This document shows positions 37,368 through 50,310 of a stretch of 64,000 nucleotides of DNA, piece after piece; the stretch's first letter is position 1; each line of letters begins with the position of its first letter. The notes under the pieces were generated by a model. The model saw only the letters and a list, made by a program, of their open reading frames with translations, was not told the DNA's origin and did not search any database. This DNA comes from Octopus vulgaris (taxonomy: Eukaryota). A program made the position numbers and the translations under genes. The stretch covers positions 3,472,001 to 3,536,000 of the forward strand of contig OX597819.1 in assembly GCA_951406725.2 (NCBI GenBank). The letters are read 5' to 3'.

Positions 37368-38784
37368 ACCCAACCAACCAACCAACCAACCAACCAACCA
37401 ACCAACCAACCAACCAACCAACCAACCAACCAACCAACCAACCAACCAGCCAACCAGCCAACCAGCCAACCAACCAACCAACCAACCAACCAACCAACCA
37501 GCCAACCAACCAACCAACCAACCAACCAGCCAACCAACCAACCAACCAACCAGCCAACCAACCAACCAACCAACCAACCAGCCAACCAACTAACCAACCA
37601 ACCAGCCAACCAACCAACCAACCAGCCAACCAACCAACCAACCAACCAGCCAACCAACCAACCAACCAACCAACCAACCAACCAACCAGCCAACCAACCA
37701 ACCAACAACCAACCAGCCACCCAACCAACCAACCAACCAACCAGCCAACCAACCAACCAACCAACCAACCAACCAACCAACCAACCAGCCAACCAACCAA
37801 CCAACCAACCAATCAGCCAACCAACCAACCAACCAACCAACCAACCAGCCAACCAACCAACCAACCAACCAACCAACCAACCAACCAACCAACCAGCCAG
37901 CCAACCAACCAACCAACCAACCAGCCAACCAACCAACCAGCCAACCAACCAGCCAACCAACTAACCAGCCAACCAACCAACCAACCAGCCAACCAACCAA
38001 CCAACCAACCAACCAACCAACCAACCAACCAGCCAACCAACCAACCATCCAACCAACCAACCAGCCAACCAACCAACCAACCAACCAGCCAGCCAACCAA
38101 CCAACCAACCAACCAACCAACCAGCCAACCAACCAACCAACCAACCAACCAACCAACCAACCAACCAACCAGTCAGCCAGCCAACCAACCAGCCAACCAA
38201 CCAACCAGCCAACCAACCAACCAACCAACCAACCAACCAACCAGCCAACCAACCAACCAACCAACCAGCCAGCCAGCCAACCAACCAACCAGCCAGCCAA
38301 CCAACCAACCAACCAACCAACCAACCAACCAACCAGCTAACCAACCAACCAACCAGGCAGCCAACCAACAAACCAACCAACCAGTCAACCAACCAACCAA
38401 CCAACCAACCAACCAACCAACCAACCAACCAACCAACCAACCAACCAACCAACCAACCAACCAACCAACCAACCAACCAACCAGGCAGCCAACCAACCAA
38501 CCAACCAACCAACCAACCAACCAGCCAACCAACCAACCAGTCAACCAACCAACCAACCAACCAACCAACCACCAGTCAACCAACCAACCAACCAACCAAC
38601 CAACCAGGCATCCAACCAACCAACCAACCAACCAACCAACCAACCAACCAACCAACCAACCAACCAACCAACCAACCAACCAACCAACCAACCAACCAAC
38701 CAACCAACCAGCCAACCAACCAACCAACCAACCAACCAACCAACCAACCAACCAACCAACCAACCAACCAACCAACCAACCAAC
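37368..38784. repeat. 1.4-kb (AACC)n array with AGCC variants
   Basis: Direct reading of the sequence. Confidence 0.97.
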
Positions 38785-38961
38785 ATTTATGTCGAACACT
38801 TGCAAATATAATGCACGGATTTTTTGTCAGTGAACAGGTCGCGGTCTTAAAGCGACGAAAATATTTTGACAAATTAAACTTAAATGTTGAAGTGAATCGA
38901 ACGGCTTTTGCGTGTTTCTTAAATGGCTTACAAAAACCTTCCACGCTGCAATTGTTTATAT

Positions 38962-39031
<70 letters not shown>

Positions 39032-39145
39032 ATATTTCGGAATGGTCATATTGCCAGTTTAGCCAATAAAAACACACGCACTATATATTTGGTGTTATTT
39101 TGCTTCAGTGTTATTTATTTTTTACATTAATCTTAATCTTATTTC

Positions 39146-39190
39146 GGCCAGAGTTCTTTCGTCACACTCCTGTGACCGCATCAGTGGTCC
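39146..39190 (-). ncRNA. Hammerhead-like motif with variant core, in a probable PLE terminal fragment (about 39027-39255)
   Basis: cca-CTGATGCG-gtcaca(ggag)tgtgac-GAAA-gaac-TC-tgg: stems I and II pair; core has C in place of A9. Confidence 0.5.
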
Positions 39191-39269
39191 TTTGTTTTCT
39201 TCTTTCTTATTTGTGTCTCTCCTTACTAATCGTCAGCTATTTTGCATTTCTATTGTATATATATATATA

Positions 39270-39395
39270 GGTGTTTTCGCTCAATAAACACACACAACGC
39301 CCGGTCTGGGAATCGAAACCGCGATCCTACAACGCGAGTCCGCTGCCCTAACCACTGGGCCATTGCGCCTCCACAACCACTGGGCTATTGCGCCT

Positions 39396-39398
<3 letters not shown>
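39270..39398 (-). mobile_element. SINE family 3 5' part with duplicated 5' end
   Basis: Reverse complement of the 40014 head; AACCACTGGGCYATTGCGCCTCCAC present twice. Confidence 0.85.
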
Positions 39399-39444
<46 letters not shown>

Positions 39445-39456
<12 letters not shown>

Positions 39457-39956
39457 AAACTCTAGTTGTGTGAGTGTCTGTCCCCTTCGATTTAGATTCC
39501 TAACTCCTCCCACATTTTGCGGTGCAGTTTAACCAAATTCGGGTATCTTATAGTCGTGATTCATATCGAGCTCGTCTGGCTATTAGCGCGCGTCAACGAT
39601 GACTCTACGATTTTAAAAATAATTTAACATCATTTTTTATTCCATTTTAATGCATAATTTTTCGTGTGTCGATGGCGGCGGAGTTGGCGTCCACACGCTC
39701 ACAGCTGCACCTGTTTGCTTCTCCCCCTTCCCTCCCTCGTGAAGCTGTGGGGAAGGGAGTGTAATGAAATCAACGTCGTAATGCGTTGTCAAGGAGACCA
39801 GCGTTCTTTTAGAACAACGACTTCATGGCTTGAAGACACCAAAACAGAAATGGCTAAGAAAGTCCGAATTGGCATCTATAAGGGAAGTAACTCTCTAAAA
39901 AATGCTTATATAGTTATTTCCCTTACAAATCCGAGCAACTCCGGGCGATACTGCTA

Positions 39957-39958
<2 letters not shown>
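39445..39958 (+). mobile_element. Non-autonomous Helitron-like element
   Basis: 3' subterminal GC hairpin CCGAGCAACTCCGG followed by CTAG|T; 5' end merges into a TA tract; no TIR or TSD. Confidence 0.65.
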
Positions 39959-40013
<55 letters not shown>

Positions 40014-40015
<2 letters not shown>

Positions 40016-40290
40016 GAGGCGCAATGGCCCAGTGGTTAGGGCAGCGGACTCGCAGTTGTAGAATCGCGGTTTCGATTCCCAGACCGGGCGTTGTGTTTGT
40101 TTATTGAGCGAAAACACCTAAAAGCTCCACGACGCTCCGGCACGGGGTGGTGATCCCTGCTGTACTCTTTCACCACTCTTTCTCTCACTCTTTCTTCTGT
40201 TGGCCTGCTCGCTTAGCCAGCGGGGTGGCATCATTCGAAGGCTAAAACAATGCGAACGTATCTGATGGTCTGCTCGGTCACGTGATCACG
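40014..40290 (+). mobile_element. SINE family 3
   Basis: tRNA-like head with A/B boxes; a further minus-strand fragment lies at 40433-40527. Confidence 0.85.
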
Positions 40291-40525
40291 TGATATATAT
40301 ATATATATATGTGTGTGTATACGCACCCACATTCATATATTTATATAGGTATATACATATATATATATATATATTTTTTTTGTACTTGTATCAGTCATTT
40401 GACTGCGGCCATGCTGGAGCACCACCTTTTAGAGTGGTGAAAGAGTACAGCAGGGATCACCACCTCCTGCCGGAGCCTCGTGGAGCTTTTAGGTGTTTTT
40501 TCGCTCAATAAACACACACAACGCC

Positions 40526-40567
<42 letters not shown>

Positions 40568-40653
40568 AATCCAAACGGGAAACAAAAAAACAACAACAAT
40601 GGAACAATTACAGTATTATTATTAATAGGCGCTCAGGAAATGGAAGCAGGGAG

Positions 40654-40688
40654 GTATGACGTTTCGAGCGGAGCTCTTCGTCGGAAAC
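40654..40688 (-). ncRNA. Minimal hammerhead-like motif (CCGACGA core) in a probable PLE terminus (about 40561-40860)
   Basis: gttt-CCGACGA-a-gagc(tcc)gctc-GAAA-cg-TC-atac. A related decayed motif is at 36601-36637. Confidence 0.55.
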
Positions 40689-41288
40689 ATAAAGAAGGAA
40701 GAGAGAGGAAAGAAAGATCCCAGAGCGGGCACGGGGATAGAGAAAAAAACGACTGGTGTTTAGGAGTTACACATGGTGAAAGACGGATGTTTACGATAAC
40801 AAGAGCAAAGTGGGTTTTTAAAGGCAAAAGAGTGGAGACAAGGTTGGTAACGCAACAGATGTGTGTGTATGTGTGAGTGTGTGCGTGTGCGTGTGTGTAT
40901 GTGTGTGTGTGAGGCGAGATAAAAAAAACAAAAAATATATATATATATAAAATGTATGTGTGTGTGTGTGCATGTATATTATACACACATTCATGTATAT
41001 ATACACACACACATTTATGTATATACATATATCGCTTATATGCGTGTGTTTTGAGTGTGTGTTTTGTTTGCTGTGTGTATATGTGTGTGCGTATAAAAGT
41101 AAGTGTAGCTTCGTTATACGGCCATCATATCACCTTCAATCTCCTTAAATTAGCCAGTTGTAGTGAAATTAAATTCAGTTTTATTGGTAGAATTCCTCAT
41201 TGGTCATACAATTAGAATAGAGAAAGAATTTCGAAATTTGATTCTGATAAGAGTAACTATCATGTTTATGAAAACGTACGCTGCTGTT

Positions 41289-41371
<83 letters not shown>

Positions 41372-42138
41372 TCACCAGCATGAAGACGTGCATAGAAATA
41401 TATAGTTGAGTACGAGCTTATTGATACATTTATTTACATCAGAAAAGTATGAATAGCTGATTGACTCTGTATTGACGTCGGAATGTGCAGTAAGAATGTA
41501 GCCATATCTCAAAGATTAGATACGTTTAAAACAAATGAGTAATGATATCTCCGATAAATTATAACAACAAGCATTGCAATAACTAATGTACAGGTTGCCT
41601 GATTAAGTAATAACAAATTACAAAGCTACACTAATTAGTTTCCATAGAAATACAATAATATGGACGGCATCTGTAGACATGAAGGCAGCACGTAATAAGA
41701 AGGCTAGTTAATGAAGTTGACGACTGTAAGTAGAGTTAAGCACAACAAAATTAACTTGGTCTTATTGTAATCCAACGTCTGCGACAAGACTTGATTGGAA
41801 TTGTTGTTTACGTTCTTTCTGCCAGGAGCTGTAAACCCCTGATTAGTTGACCGGATACGATATCTGACAAGTAGTTTTCAACTGATTCTATGCTCAATAC
41901 CCATGTCATATTAATCAGGTAATGAAAAAATAAGAAAAATTGCTAAAACATTATGGACAATTATCAAGGTTGTTATCGTTGTTATTCTGATCTTAACAAA
42001 AGAACGATTCAATACAGATTAACTTGTTGACTGCAGCTTGGAAAATTCATTGCAGAATCGATTCTCAAATTGTATCTTATTGGTTATTACGTGATTGTTT
42101 CTCTTTCTGATGAAACAATGGGAATATCATCATCATCA

Positions 42139-42169
<31 letters not shown>

Positions 42170-42419
42170 CTTCTTCTTCTTCTTCTTCTTCTTCTTCTTT
42201 CTTTCTTTCTTTCTTTCTCTCTTTTTCTTGGCATAGCAAAACAGAAATGGATACGTTAATTTCTGCTTGACCGCCAGGTGCTTGTGTTCTCGTTCTTGAA
42301 TTCGCTTCTATATGTGAGAGAGCACATAAATGTCAACAAGAGCAATCTGAATTATAAATTCCTAGCGTAGAATTGGAATTCGAACATATGTATGTATGTG
42401 TGTATGTATGTATGTATGT

Positions 42420-42797
42420 TACACTTCCAGATGGGAAGGCTCTTCTTATGATGCTGACATGCAATGTCTATGCAAGACCCTGCCTCAGTAAAGCTGGACT
42501 CAAGAGTCATCTTTGTAGTCATAAAGCGAGACAGATGAGTGACAACCTGGCCACTGGTGGTGGCGTAACACACCATACTAATCATATCTGTCGGGCATGT
42601 GGAAGAGAGTGTAATTCGGCAGGAGGACCTAAACGACATGCAAAGGTACATGAAGCCCAGTTACAACTACAGCCGGCTATTACCAGTAAAGGTCTTAGTT
42701 GCCAATTTTGTACAAGACATTGTAGATCTCGATCACAGCACCAATAACAGTTAAGCTTCGTGCAATGGTCATACTCGATAACGAGGTGGCAGCCATC
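42420..42797 (+). mobile_element. RTE-type LINE 3' fragment with tandem C2H2-like zinc fingers
   Basis: CNVYARPCLSKAGLKSHLCSH, CRACGRECNSAGGPKRHAKVH and CQFCTRHCRS, then a short 3' UTR and a (TATG)n tail (42798-42916). Confidence 0.6.
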
Positions 42798-42980
42798 ATG
42801 TATGTATGTATGTATGTATGTATGTATGTATGTATGTATGTATGTATGTATGTATGTATGTATGTATGTATGTATGTATGTATGTATGTATGTATGTATG
42901 TATGTATGTATGTATGCGTGTGTTTCAGAAATACTTGTGATGAACAGCATTCCAGCTGATTTAAACTGAAGCGTAATAAT

Positions 42981-43378
42981 CCTTACTACTATAGGCACAA
43001 CGCCTGAATTTTTTTAGGGGATGGGGAAAGTCGATCACATTGACCCCAGTGTCCAACCGGTACTTATTCCATCGACCCCGAGAGGATGAAAGGCAAACTC
43101 GACCTTGGTGGAATTTGAACTCAGAACGCAGCGACAGGCAAAATACCTATTTCTTTACTACCCACAAGGGGCTAAACACAGGGAGGACAGACAAGGACAG
43201 ACAAACGGATTAAGTCGATTATATCGACCCCAGTGCGTAACTGGTGCTTAATTTATCGACCCCGAAAGGATGAAAGGCAAAGTCGACCTCGGCGGAATTT
43301 GAACTCAGAACGTAACGGCAGACGAAATACCGCTAAGCATTTCGCCCGGCGCGCTAACGATTCTGCCAGCTCGCCGCC
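42981..43378 (-). mobile_element. SINE family 1 dimer (tail-B-like unit + tail-A unit)
   Basis: Junction GGCAAAATAC|CTATTTCTTTAC at about 43146; 20-bp TSD TTAAACTGAARCGTAATAAT at 42961-42980 and 43379-43398. Confidence 0.88.
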
Positions 43379-43414
43379 TTAAACTGAAACGTAATAATAG
43401 AAAGCGGTGACTAA

Positions 43415-43667
43415 ATCTCTTTATCTTCTACTTGTTTCATTCATTGGACCGGAGCCACGCTGAGGCACTGCCATGGAGGGTTTAGTCGAACAAATCGAAC
43501 CCAGTACTTATTTGTAAGTCTGGTACTTATTGTATCAGTTTGTTTTGTTGAAATGCTAAGTTACTGGGACGTACACCATCCATCACCAGTTGTCAAGCGT
43601 TGGTGGAGTACAAATACAACGCATGCACACGCATGTATACACACACTCGCGCACACACGCACGCATG

Positions 43668-43700
<33 letters not shown>

Positions 43701-43900
43701 GCAAACACACACATATACACGCACACACACACACATGAAGGGCTACTTTCAGTTTCCGTCTACCGAATCCACTCACAAGGCTTTGGTAAGCTCGAGGTTA
43801 TGGTAGTAGAGATCTACCGAAGGTGCTACGCAGTAGGACTGAACCCAAGACCACATGGTTGGGAAGCAAGCGTCTTAAACATACAACCACATCTACGTCT
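43415..43900 (-). mobile_element. SINE family 2, diverged
   Basis: Colinear with other copies; internal CA-rich tract. Confidence 0.8.
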
Positions 43901-44750
43901 AAATAGCAAACAATTCTTTAACATGTTTAAAAATGCGACATTATCCTACATCTTAACCTTAGAAAAAGTTAGAGAAATAAGACAAATGCAGTTTAAGTAA
44001 ATACATGTGAAAATATCTCTTTAATTCAGGAACATGTCCAGTTTCTGCAAATCGATCTCACGTCTAAATTCAACAAATGGAATCACAATACAATTTTTCA
44101 TTAGTCACTGTTTTGAATGAATTGTGATACGAATTGGACGAAATGAATAAAATAATAATATAGACTTTGTTAAGGTAAAGTTATCTCCAAAGAACTGAAC
44201 TACGCAGTATAAAACTGATATAGACATGAATTCGTAATTTAGACTTTAGATTTAAGTGTGTAGGGCAGTACACATTCTCATCGATCTAATCTCAATCCGA
44301 ATATTACAAGTTAATACTAAGTTAGGATACAGAACAGAGTTATACATTTAACAGAAGTTGGGCCAAATGCATATGATAATAACAATCAACCTGTTTACGC
44401 TTCTGTGTGTCAGTCTATACTCTAGCATGGCCGCAGTCCAATAACTATAACAAGTAAAAGATATATACATACATGCATGCATACATACATACACACACAC
44501 ACATACACAGAAGGTACAACTGCAAAAACGACTGCAGAAGCAACAACAACGCAGCTACAACTGTAAGAACAACAGCACAAGCAACAACAACAACAACAGT
44601 TACTACTACAGCAAAAAATGCTGCAATTAATGAATAGTAAGTCGTCAGGAAATACTGGAAAAATGTTCCCACCAGATTAGGTTGGGAACTTGAGTTTAAG
44701 TACGAATCAGACGAAGTAGCTACTTTCGAGGCTTACTATAGAAGATAAAG

Positions 44751-44920
44751 ACGCAGGAGTGGCTGTGTGGTAAGTAGCTTGCTAACCAACCACATGGTTC
44801 CGGGTTCAGTCCCACTGTGTGGCATCTTGGGCAAGCGTCTTCTGCTATAGCCTCGGGCCGACCGATGCCTTGTGAGTGGATTTGGTAGACGGAAACTGAA
44901 ACAAGCCTGTCGTATATATG

Positions 44921-44951
<31 letters not shown>

Positions 44952-45163
44952 TTGTGTGTCTGTGTTTGTACCCCTAGCATTGCTTGACAACTGATGCTGG
45001 TGTGCTTACGTCCCCGTCACTTAGCGGTTCGGCAAAAAGAGACCGATAGAATAAGTACTGGGCTTACAAAGGATAAGTCCCGGGGTCGATTTGCTCGACT
45101 AAAGGCGGTTCTCCAGCATGGCCGCAGTCAAATGACTGAAACAAGTAAAAGAGTAAAAGAGTA
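44751..45163 (+). mobile_element. SINE family 2, full-length young copy inserted in Gypsy gag
   Basis: tRNA-like head (TGGCTGTGTGG...GGTTCAGTCCC), CORE-like GGCATCTTGGGCAAG block, internal TA/TG tract, (GTAAAAGA)n tail. Confidence 0.9.
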
Positions 45164-47775
45164 AAGCGTGCAAAGATTGAAATGACGATATGAAAACGCG
45201 TTTGATCTTAGGAAGACTAGCGGCAGGAGAACATGATCGATACATCAATCCCGTACTCCTGAAAAACACCTTCTGACATATTGTGTAAATTTTTTAGTGA
45301 GAAAAGCTCATTCTTCAATACACGTTGAAAATGTTTGAACCTAGAAAAAAAACAACGAGAACTACATCACTTATGTTGGTAGAGTTAACAGGAAATGGGA
45401 AAAGTTCAAACTTGACGAATTAACGTCAGATATGTTCAAGTGCCTGATACGTATTCAGGGTCTAACTGCAGAAACAGACGCAGAAGTAAGAACAAGAATT
45501 CTCGCCAAGCTGGAACAAAACCAGGCTATAACCTTACTCCAAGTATGAGAAGAGTGTGAAGGAATAGTAAATTTAAGACACGATAGGGAAAATAGAAGAT
45601 AAAGATTGCTCCCAAGTGAAACAAGTGCGAAATAGGCAGAATAGAAATCAAGTGTGTACTAAAATACAGTACAAATAGAACAAAAGTCAGGAAAGAAAAT
45701 AAAACATGTTTGCATGTGGAGGTCTACACCTGAGCAAACGATGTCGATTTAAGAAAGCACGATGTTTCTGTTATGGGAAAATTGAACACGCAAAAACGCA
45801 CAGTAAAACCAAGATGACAAAACGCGGGAACAAAGGAAAAAAAATAAACAAGATGTCGTCGAAAGAAAATGGTAATATAACAAAGAGGTAATTTGTGAAT
45901 GGGAAAATTAAATAGAAGATTAAAAATGCAGTTAGACACTGGAAGTGATATTACCATTGTAAATAAGAAACTTGGAAGTATGTCGGTAAGCCGAAATGAA
46001 TTAAATCTACAAAAGCCGCACATAGTGTTATAGTGATTGTATTTTGTTGGTGAATTTATGTGTAATGTAACATTTCGTGACCAAATGGAAACGGCAAAAA
46101 TATGTGCTAAAAAGTTCAGTTAATCTATTCGGCACAGAGTGGATGGAATTGCTCAAATTGTGGAATAGGCCTATAAGTGTTTTGTGTGAGAATATAGTCG
46201 GTTCAGTCGAAGGTTCGAATGCGGCTGAGGAGTTGAAACAAAAAATAAAACACTTGTTTCCATATATCTTCTCCGAGGAACTGGGTTGCTGCACAAAAGC
46301 AAATGTAAAAATTGCAGTAAAACAAAGTGTAACACCTGTATTAAAGCCAAAACCGAATGTACTGTTCGCGGCAATAGAGCAGGTAAACAAGGAACTTGAA
46401 AGACTTGAAAGTTTAGGAATAATCGAGAAGACGGACCACTCAAACTGGGCAGCATCTACGGCCTACGTAAAAAAGAAAAACAACAAGTTAAGAGTTTGGA
46501 TGATTGCTTAATCTCACATAACTGCCTATTGCTGAGTCCTGAGAAAGTGTTTGAAAAATTGAATTGAGGGAAATTCTTCTCAAAATTAGAACTCTCGGAG
46601 GCATATCTACAAATTCAAGTAGAAGAAACACTTATTAACCATTAATACACACCATGGGTCATTTAAACGTAAACGGCTTCTCTTCAGCAAGTAACAGATA
46701 CACTGCTTGGTGACTGATTTTGCTATCGCCTATTTAGGCGATGTTCTAATGAAAAGGGGATCATATTAGCAACATGTAGAACACGTTAAAAGGGTATTCG
46801 AGATTAAAGTTAACGGAAGAAAAATGCGAGAATTTTGTTTGAAAAAAATTAAATACTTGGGACAGATAATCGATAAAAACAGACGAAAACCGGATCCATC
46901 CAAAGCAACGGCAAAAAAAAAAAAAAAAATTGCCCACGCCGAATAATGTGACTGTGCTACAAGCATTCATAAAAACACTAACCTCCGCAACTGCGACAAA
47001 TTTTTTACATGAGCTGTTTGCGAAATTGGCATCCCAAACGCGATAGTGTCTGACAATGGAACAGAATTTGTGTCTTTTGAATTTAAAACGTTTTGTAAAA
47101 CATTCGCGGTAGAACATGTAACTACTGCGCCATGCCATCTCAGATCTAACGGACAGGCAGAACGCTTTGTCGATACGTTCAAGAGAGCCCTAAGAAAGTC
47201 AAATAAGGAAGTCACGGATGAGGTAGCTCTACAACAATTCTTAAGAGCATACCGTGTGACACCAAGCCCAAATACACCAACAGGTATGTCACCAGCGGAG
47301 CTGATGTTTGCGCGGAAAATAAAATCAGTCTTCGATAAATTGCTACCTGGCAAGAAAAGAAAAATTGCAAGGGAAAAAATACAGCAAAATTTTTCAAGGG
47401 GCATATAAGAACGGAAAATAGAGTTGGGAAGATGGCGCGGTTATCAAACGCATTGGAAAAATACTATTCTTCGTAAAAAGTAGAAAAGAGACATATAAAC
47501 CAACTGAAAAAAATTTCGTTGAGAGCGAATGGAAGAACCAATGAAATGGTTAATTAGTACTTTTTAATTAGTTCATATACGAGTGATTGAACCAATGCGC
47601 ACAAGCGTAAGAAAAAGATAAGGTACGGAGTTTCTGGAAGTAGATGCCAAACGAAAACGATATTAAATGTGTAACTGGAAAACTGAAAGGGAGGTGGGAT
47701 AATATAAAAATCATTGCCAATAAAACAAACAAAATGACATTCCCTAAGAAAAAAAGAAAAACTTAAAAGGGGAGA

Positions 47776-48212
47776 TGTGGGTATAATAGTAATAATGGTA
47801 CACCCCTCCCACGTGCAAGTGGTATATGCTAGTCGCTATAAACGAATCTTAGTGATGATCATGGTGAGAGGTTCCATCAGGACATATCTGAGATGGAAAC
47901 AAGGCTGGTTCAATCCACACATGATGGGTGACTACTGCTGGTTCCTACAACGGGTGACCAGCACGACGCATAAGCGCAAAAGCAAGTGACTCAAACATTT
48001 CTGAGCTGAGCATATCAAAAATAAGGTGAGTATTCCCTTAATATAAATATGTACCATTATATTAAAATACTATCTACCTTGAATATAAATATACTATATA
48101 CAGTACTAATATACTATTATAATAATCATATACCTTGAACGTAACTATTCCTGATTCTAATATAGCATTAATATATAATTATGCGCATAACTCAAAATCC
48201 TGACGTGCTACA
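47776..48212 (+). repeat. Putative 3' LTR of the Gypsy element
   Basis: Begins TG directly after the PPT and plausibly ends CTACA; no matching 5' LTR was seen. Confidence 0.55.
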
Positions 48213-48406
48213 GCAATTCTGAGTTCAGATTCGGAATCAGCGTATTCGATTTAGTTTAGTACAGCCCGATTTATCTGGGTAGACGACAATAAATCTTTTT
48301 TTCTTGCCCAGTGACGACCGCTGTCGTCATATAGACCTTCTTGATCAGAAAAGAATATTTCTCGAGCATATGACAAGCTAAATAATAATAATTTAGTTGG
48401 AAAATA

Positions 48407-48604
48407 AGGCGGTGAGCTAGTCGAATCGTTAGCACGCCGGACAAAATGCTTCGTCTTTACTTTCTGAGCTCAACTTCTGCCGAGCTCGACTTTGCTTTTC
48501 ATCCTTTCGGGGCGATAAAATAAGGACCAGTCGAGTACTGGGGTCATTCTAATCGACTTGCCCATCCTTCGAAACTACTGGCCTTGTGCCAAAATTTGAA
48601 ACCA
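48407..48604 (+). mobile_element. SINE family 1, tail B
   Basis: TSD AATAATTTAGTTGGRAAAT on both sides. Confidence 0.88.
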
Positions 48605-49041
48605 ATAATTTAGTTGGGAAATGAGGAAACTTTCAATTAAACAACGCCGTCTCTTACAGATGCAAGTAAATTTGTAACTGTGGAACAAGGAACTTCCTTT
48701 CTATCTCTGTCATTAAAAAAAGGGTTGCTTATATTCTCAAATACTTCAGAACTCTGTGAAGGAGCTGAACTGCTTTGATCTAGCTATATGCACTCAGAAA
48801 CACATACATGAAAAGTCCTTCTCTTCTAGTCACTTTTTCATATCCATAAATATAAAATGACTCCTCCTTTTCTTCAAAAACAATCACTTGCTCGTACGAC
48901 ACTCAAAAATCCCATTATTATATATGTATTAGTTGTACGTATGTTTTTTGTATACATGAATTTACATAGATACATATATGTATATGTGTTGGTATATGTA
49001 TGCGTGTGAATGTGTATATATATGTATGTATGACTGTGTGA

Positions 49042-49080
<39 letters not shown>

Positions 49081-50170
49081 TACACACACATAAGTACCAG
49101 ACCACTCTTGCAAACACATAAAATACACATATTACGACTCAGTTTCGCCTATATGTCTTAAGACCAAGTTGGGTAATATATTTATATAATGTAGAGTCTC
49201 CCCTCCTCTTCCTTCTCCTCCTCCTCCACCATCACCAGTACCACCACCACCACCACCACCACCTTCTCCTCTGCAGGAATAGACACAGACACAGTAGATA
49301 AACCCCCACACATACATACAATACACACACAATACACACACATATACACATCCATATGTATATGAAGAAATCATCATCGACACGTATATCTATGTTTATG
49401 TTTTCATGCATTCGTGTATTATTTCTGATATTGGGATAGTGTATGTCTGGATCTAATTGGCGAAGCGATATTATAATAATCTAGTTATTTACGTTTCGGT
49501 AATTAAAGTGTTTATACAGTATATGCTTTCATTTCGATGATAAAATATTTCTTCTTAGTTAATTGAGTTTTAACTGTTTATTTATCTGGAGTTATTATGA
49601 TTATAGCGGAAAAATTTGAGGTATTGAGTTTCTATTTACAAGAGATTACGGACTCGCTTCTACGATTGTGTAATATTTTACATGCTAGATGTATTTTGAG
49701 CACTTCTACTGTGAAAAGTCTACACTCGTCTTTTATTTCCGATGTATGCGATAGCTGTTGCGGTGGTGCTCCATTGCATTCTGTAACCAATGCCTTTAGA
49801 TATTAGACACAAAATATATTCTGCTAGCGGAGTTGCGTTACATAATTTTCTGTTATTAAAAGTATGTCAATCCACAGTTGACCTGCCCTTAAATATATTT
49901 CATGTGTATTAAAAGTATGTCTAAGCGCAGTATATCGGCGCTTAAATGTATTTAATTACACTCGATTAATTATATGTACCTCGATATGAAGATTTTCAAG
50001 AGTTTTGGCACCAATACATATATAAACTTGATAAAACAATGACATTATCGTGGCCATTTTCAAAAGCATATCCAATGGCTTCCCGTTAACAATTACATTC
50101 TACTGCTTACTAACAGAAATTTAGAAGTAATTTCAATATATTGAATCAGTTCAATGCATGCATTAAGCTC

Positions 50171-50310
50171 TGAGTCTAAAGCTCTGGGTCTGAGTCTAAA
50201 GCTCTGGGTCTGAGTCTAAAGCTCTGGGTCTGAGTCTAAAGCTCTGGGTCTGAGTCTAAAGCTCTGGGTCTGAGTCTAAAGCTCTGGGTCTGAGTCTAAA
50301 GCTCTGGGTC
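50171..50310. repeat. Perfect 20-bp minisatellite, 7 copies (TGAGTCTAAAGCTCTGGGTC)
   Basis: Direct reading of the sequence. Confidence 0.95.

Larger units (their letters stand above)
44500..48212 (+). mobile_element. Decayed Ty3/Gypsy LTR retrotransposon (gag, protease, RT, integrase, 3' LTR)
   Basis: gag (TFEAYYRR; FACGGLH knuckle), protease MQLDTGSDITI (about 45926), RT (ELERLESLGII...SNWAA), integrase IVSDNGTEF...SNGQAERFV...SPAELMFAR, PPT AAAAGGGGAGA at 47765-47775. Confidence 0.88.

Noticed and set aside
37289-39049. Long (LVGW)n ORFs
   Set aside because: Translations of the (AACC)n microsatellite; not genes.
42373-42747. Host C2H2 zinc-finger gene
   Set aside because: No TGEKP linkers, degenerate fingers, start inside a microsatellite and a repeat tail; fits a LINE 3' end better.
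50171-50310. Possible CRISPR array
   Set aside because: Identical abutting units with no unique spacers, no cas genes, eukaryotic context.
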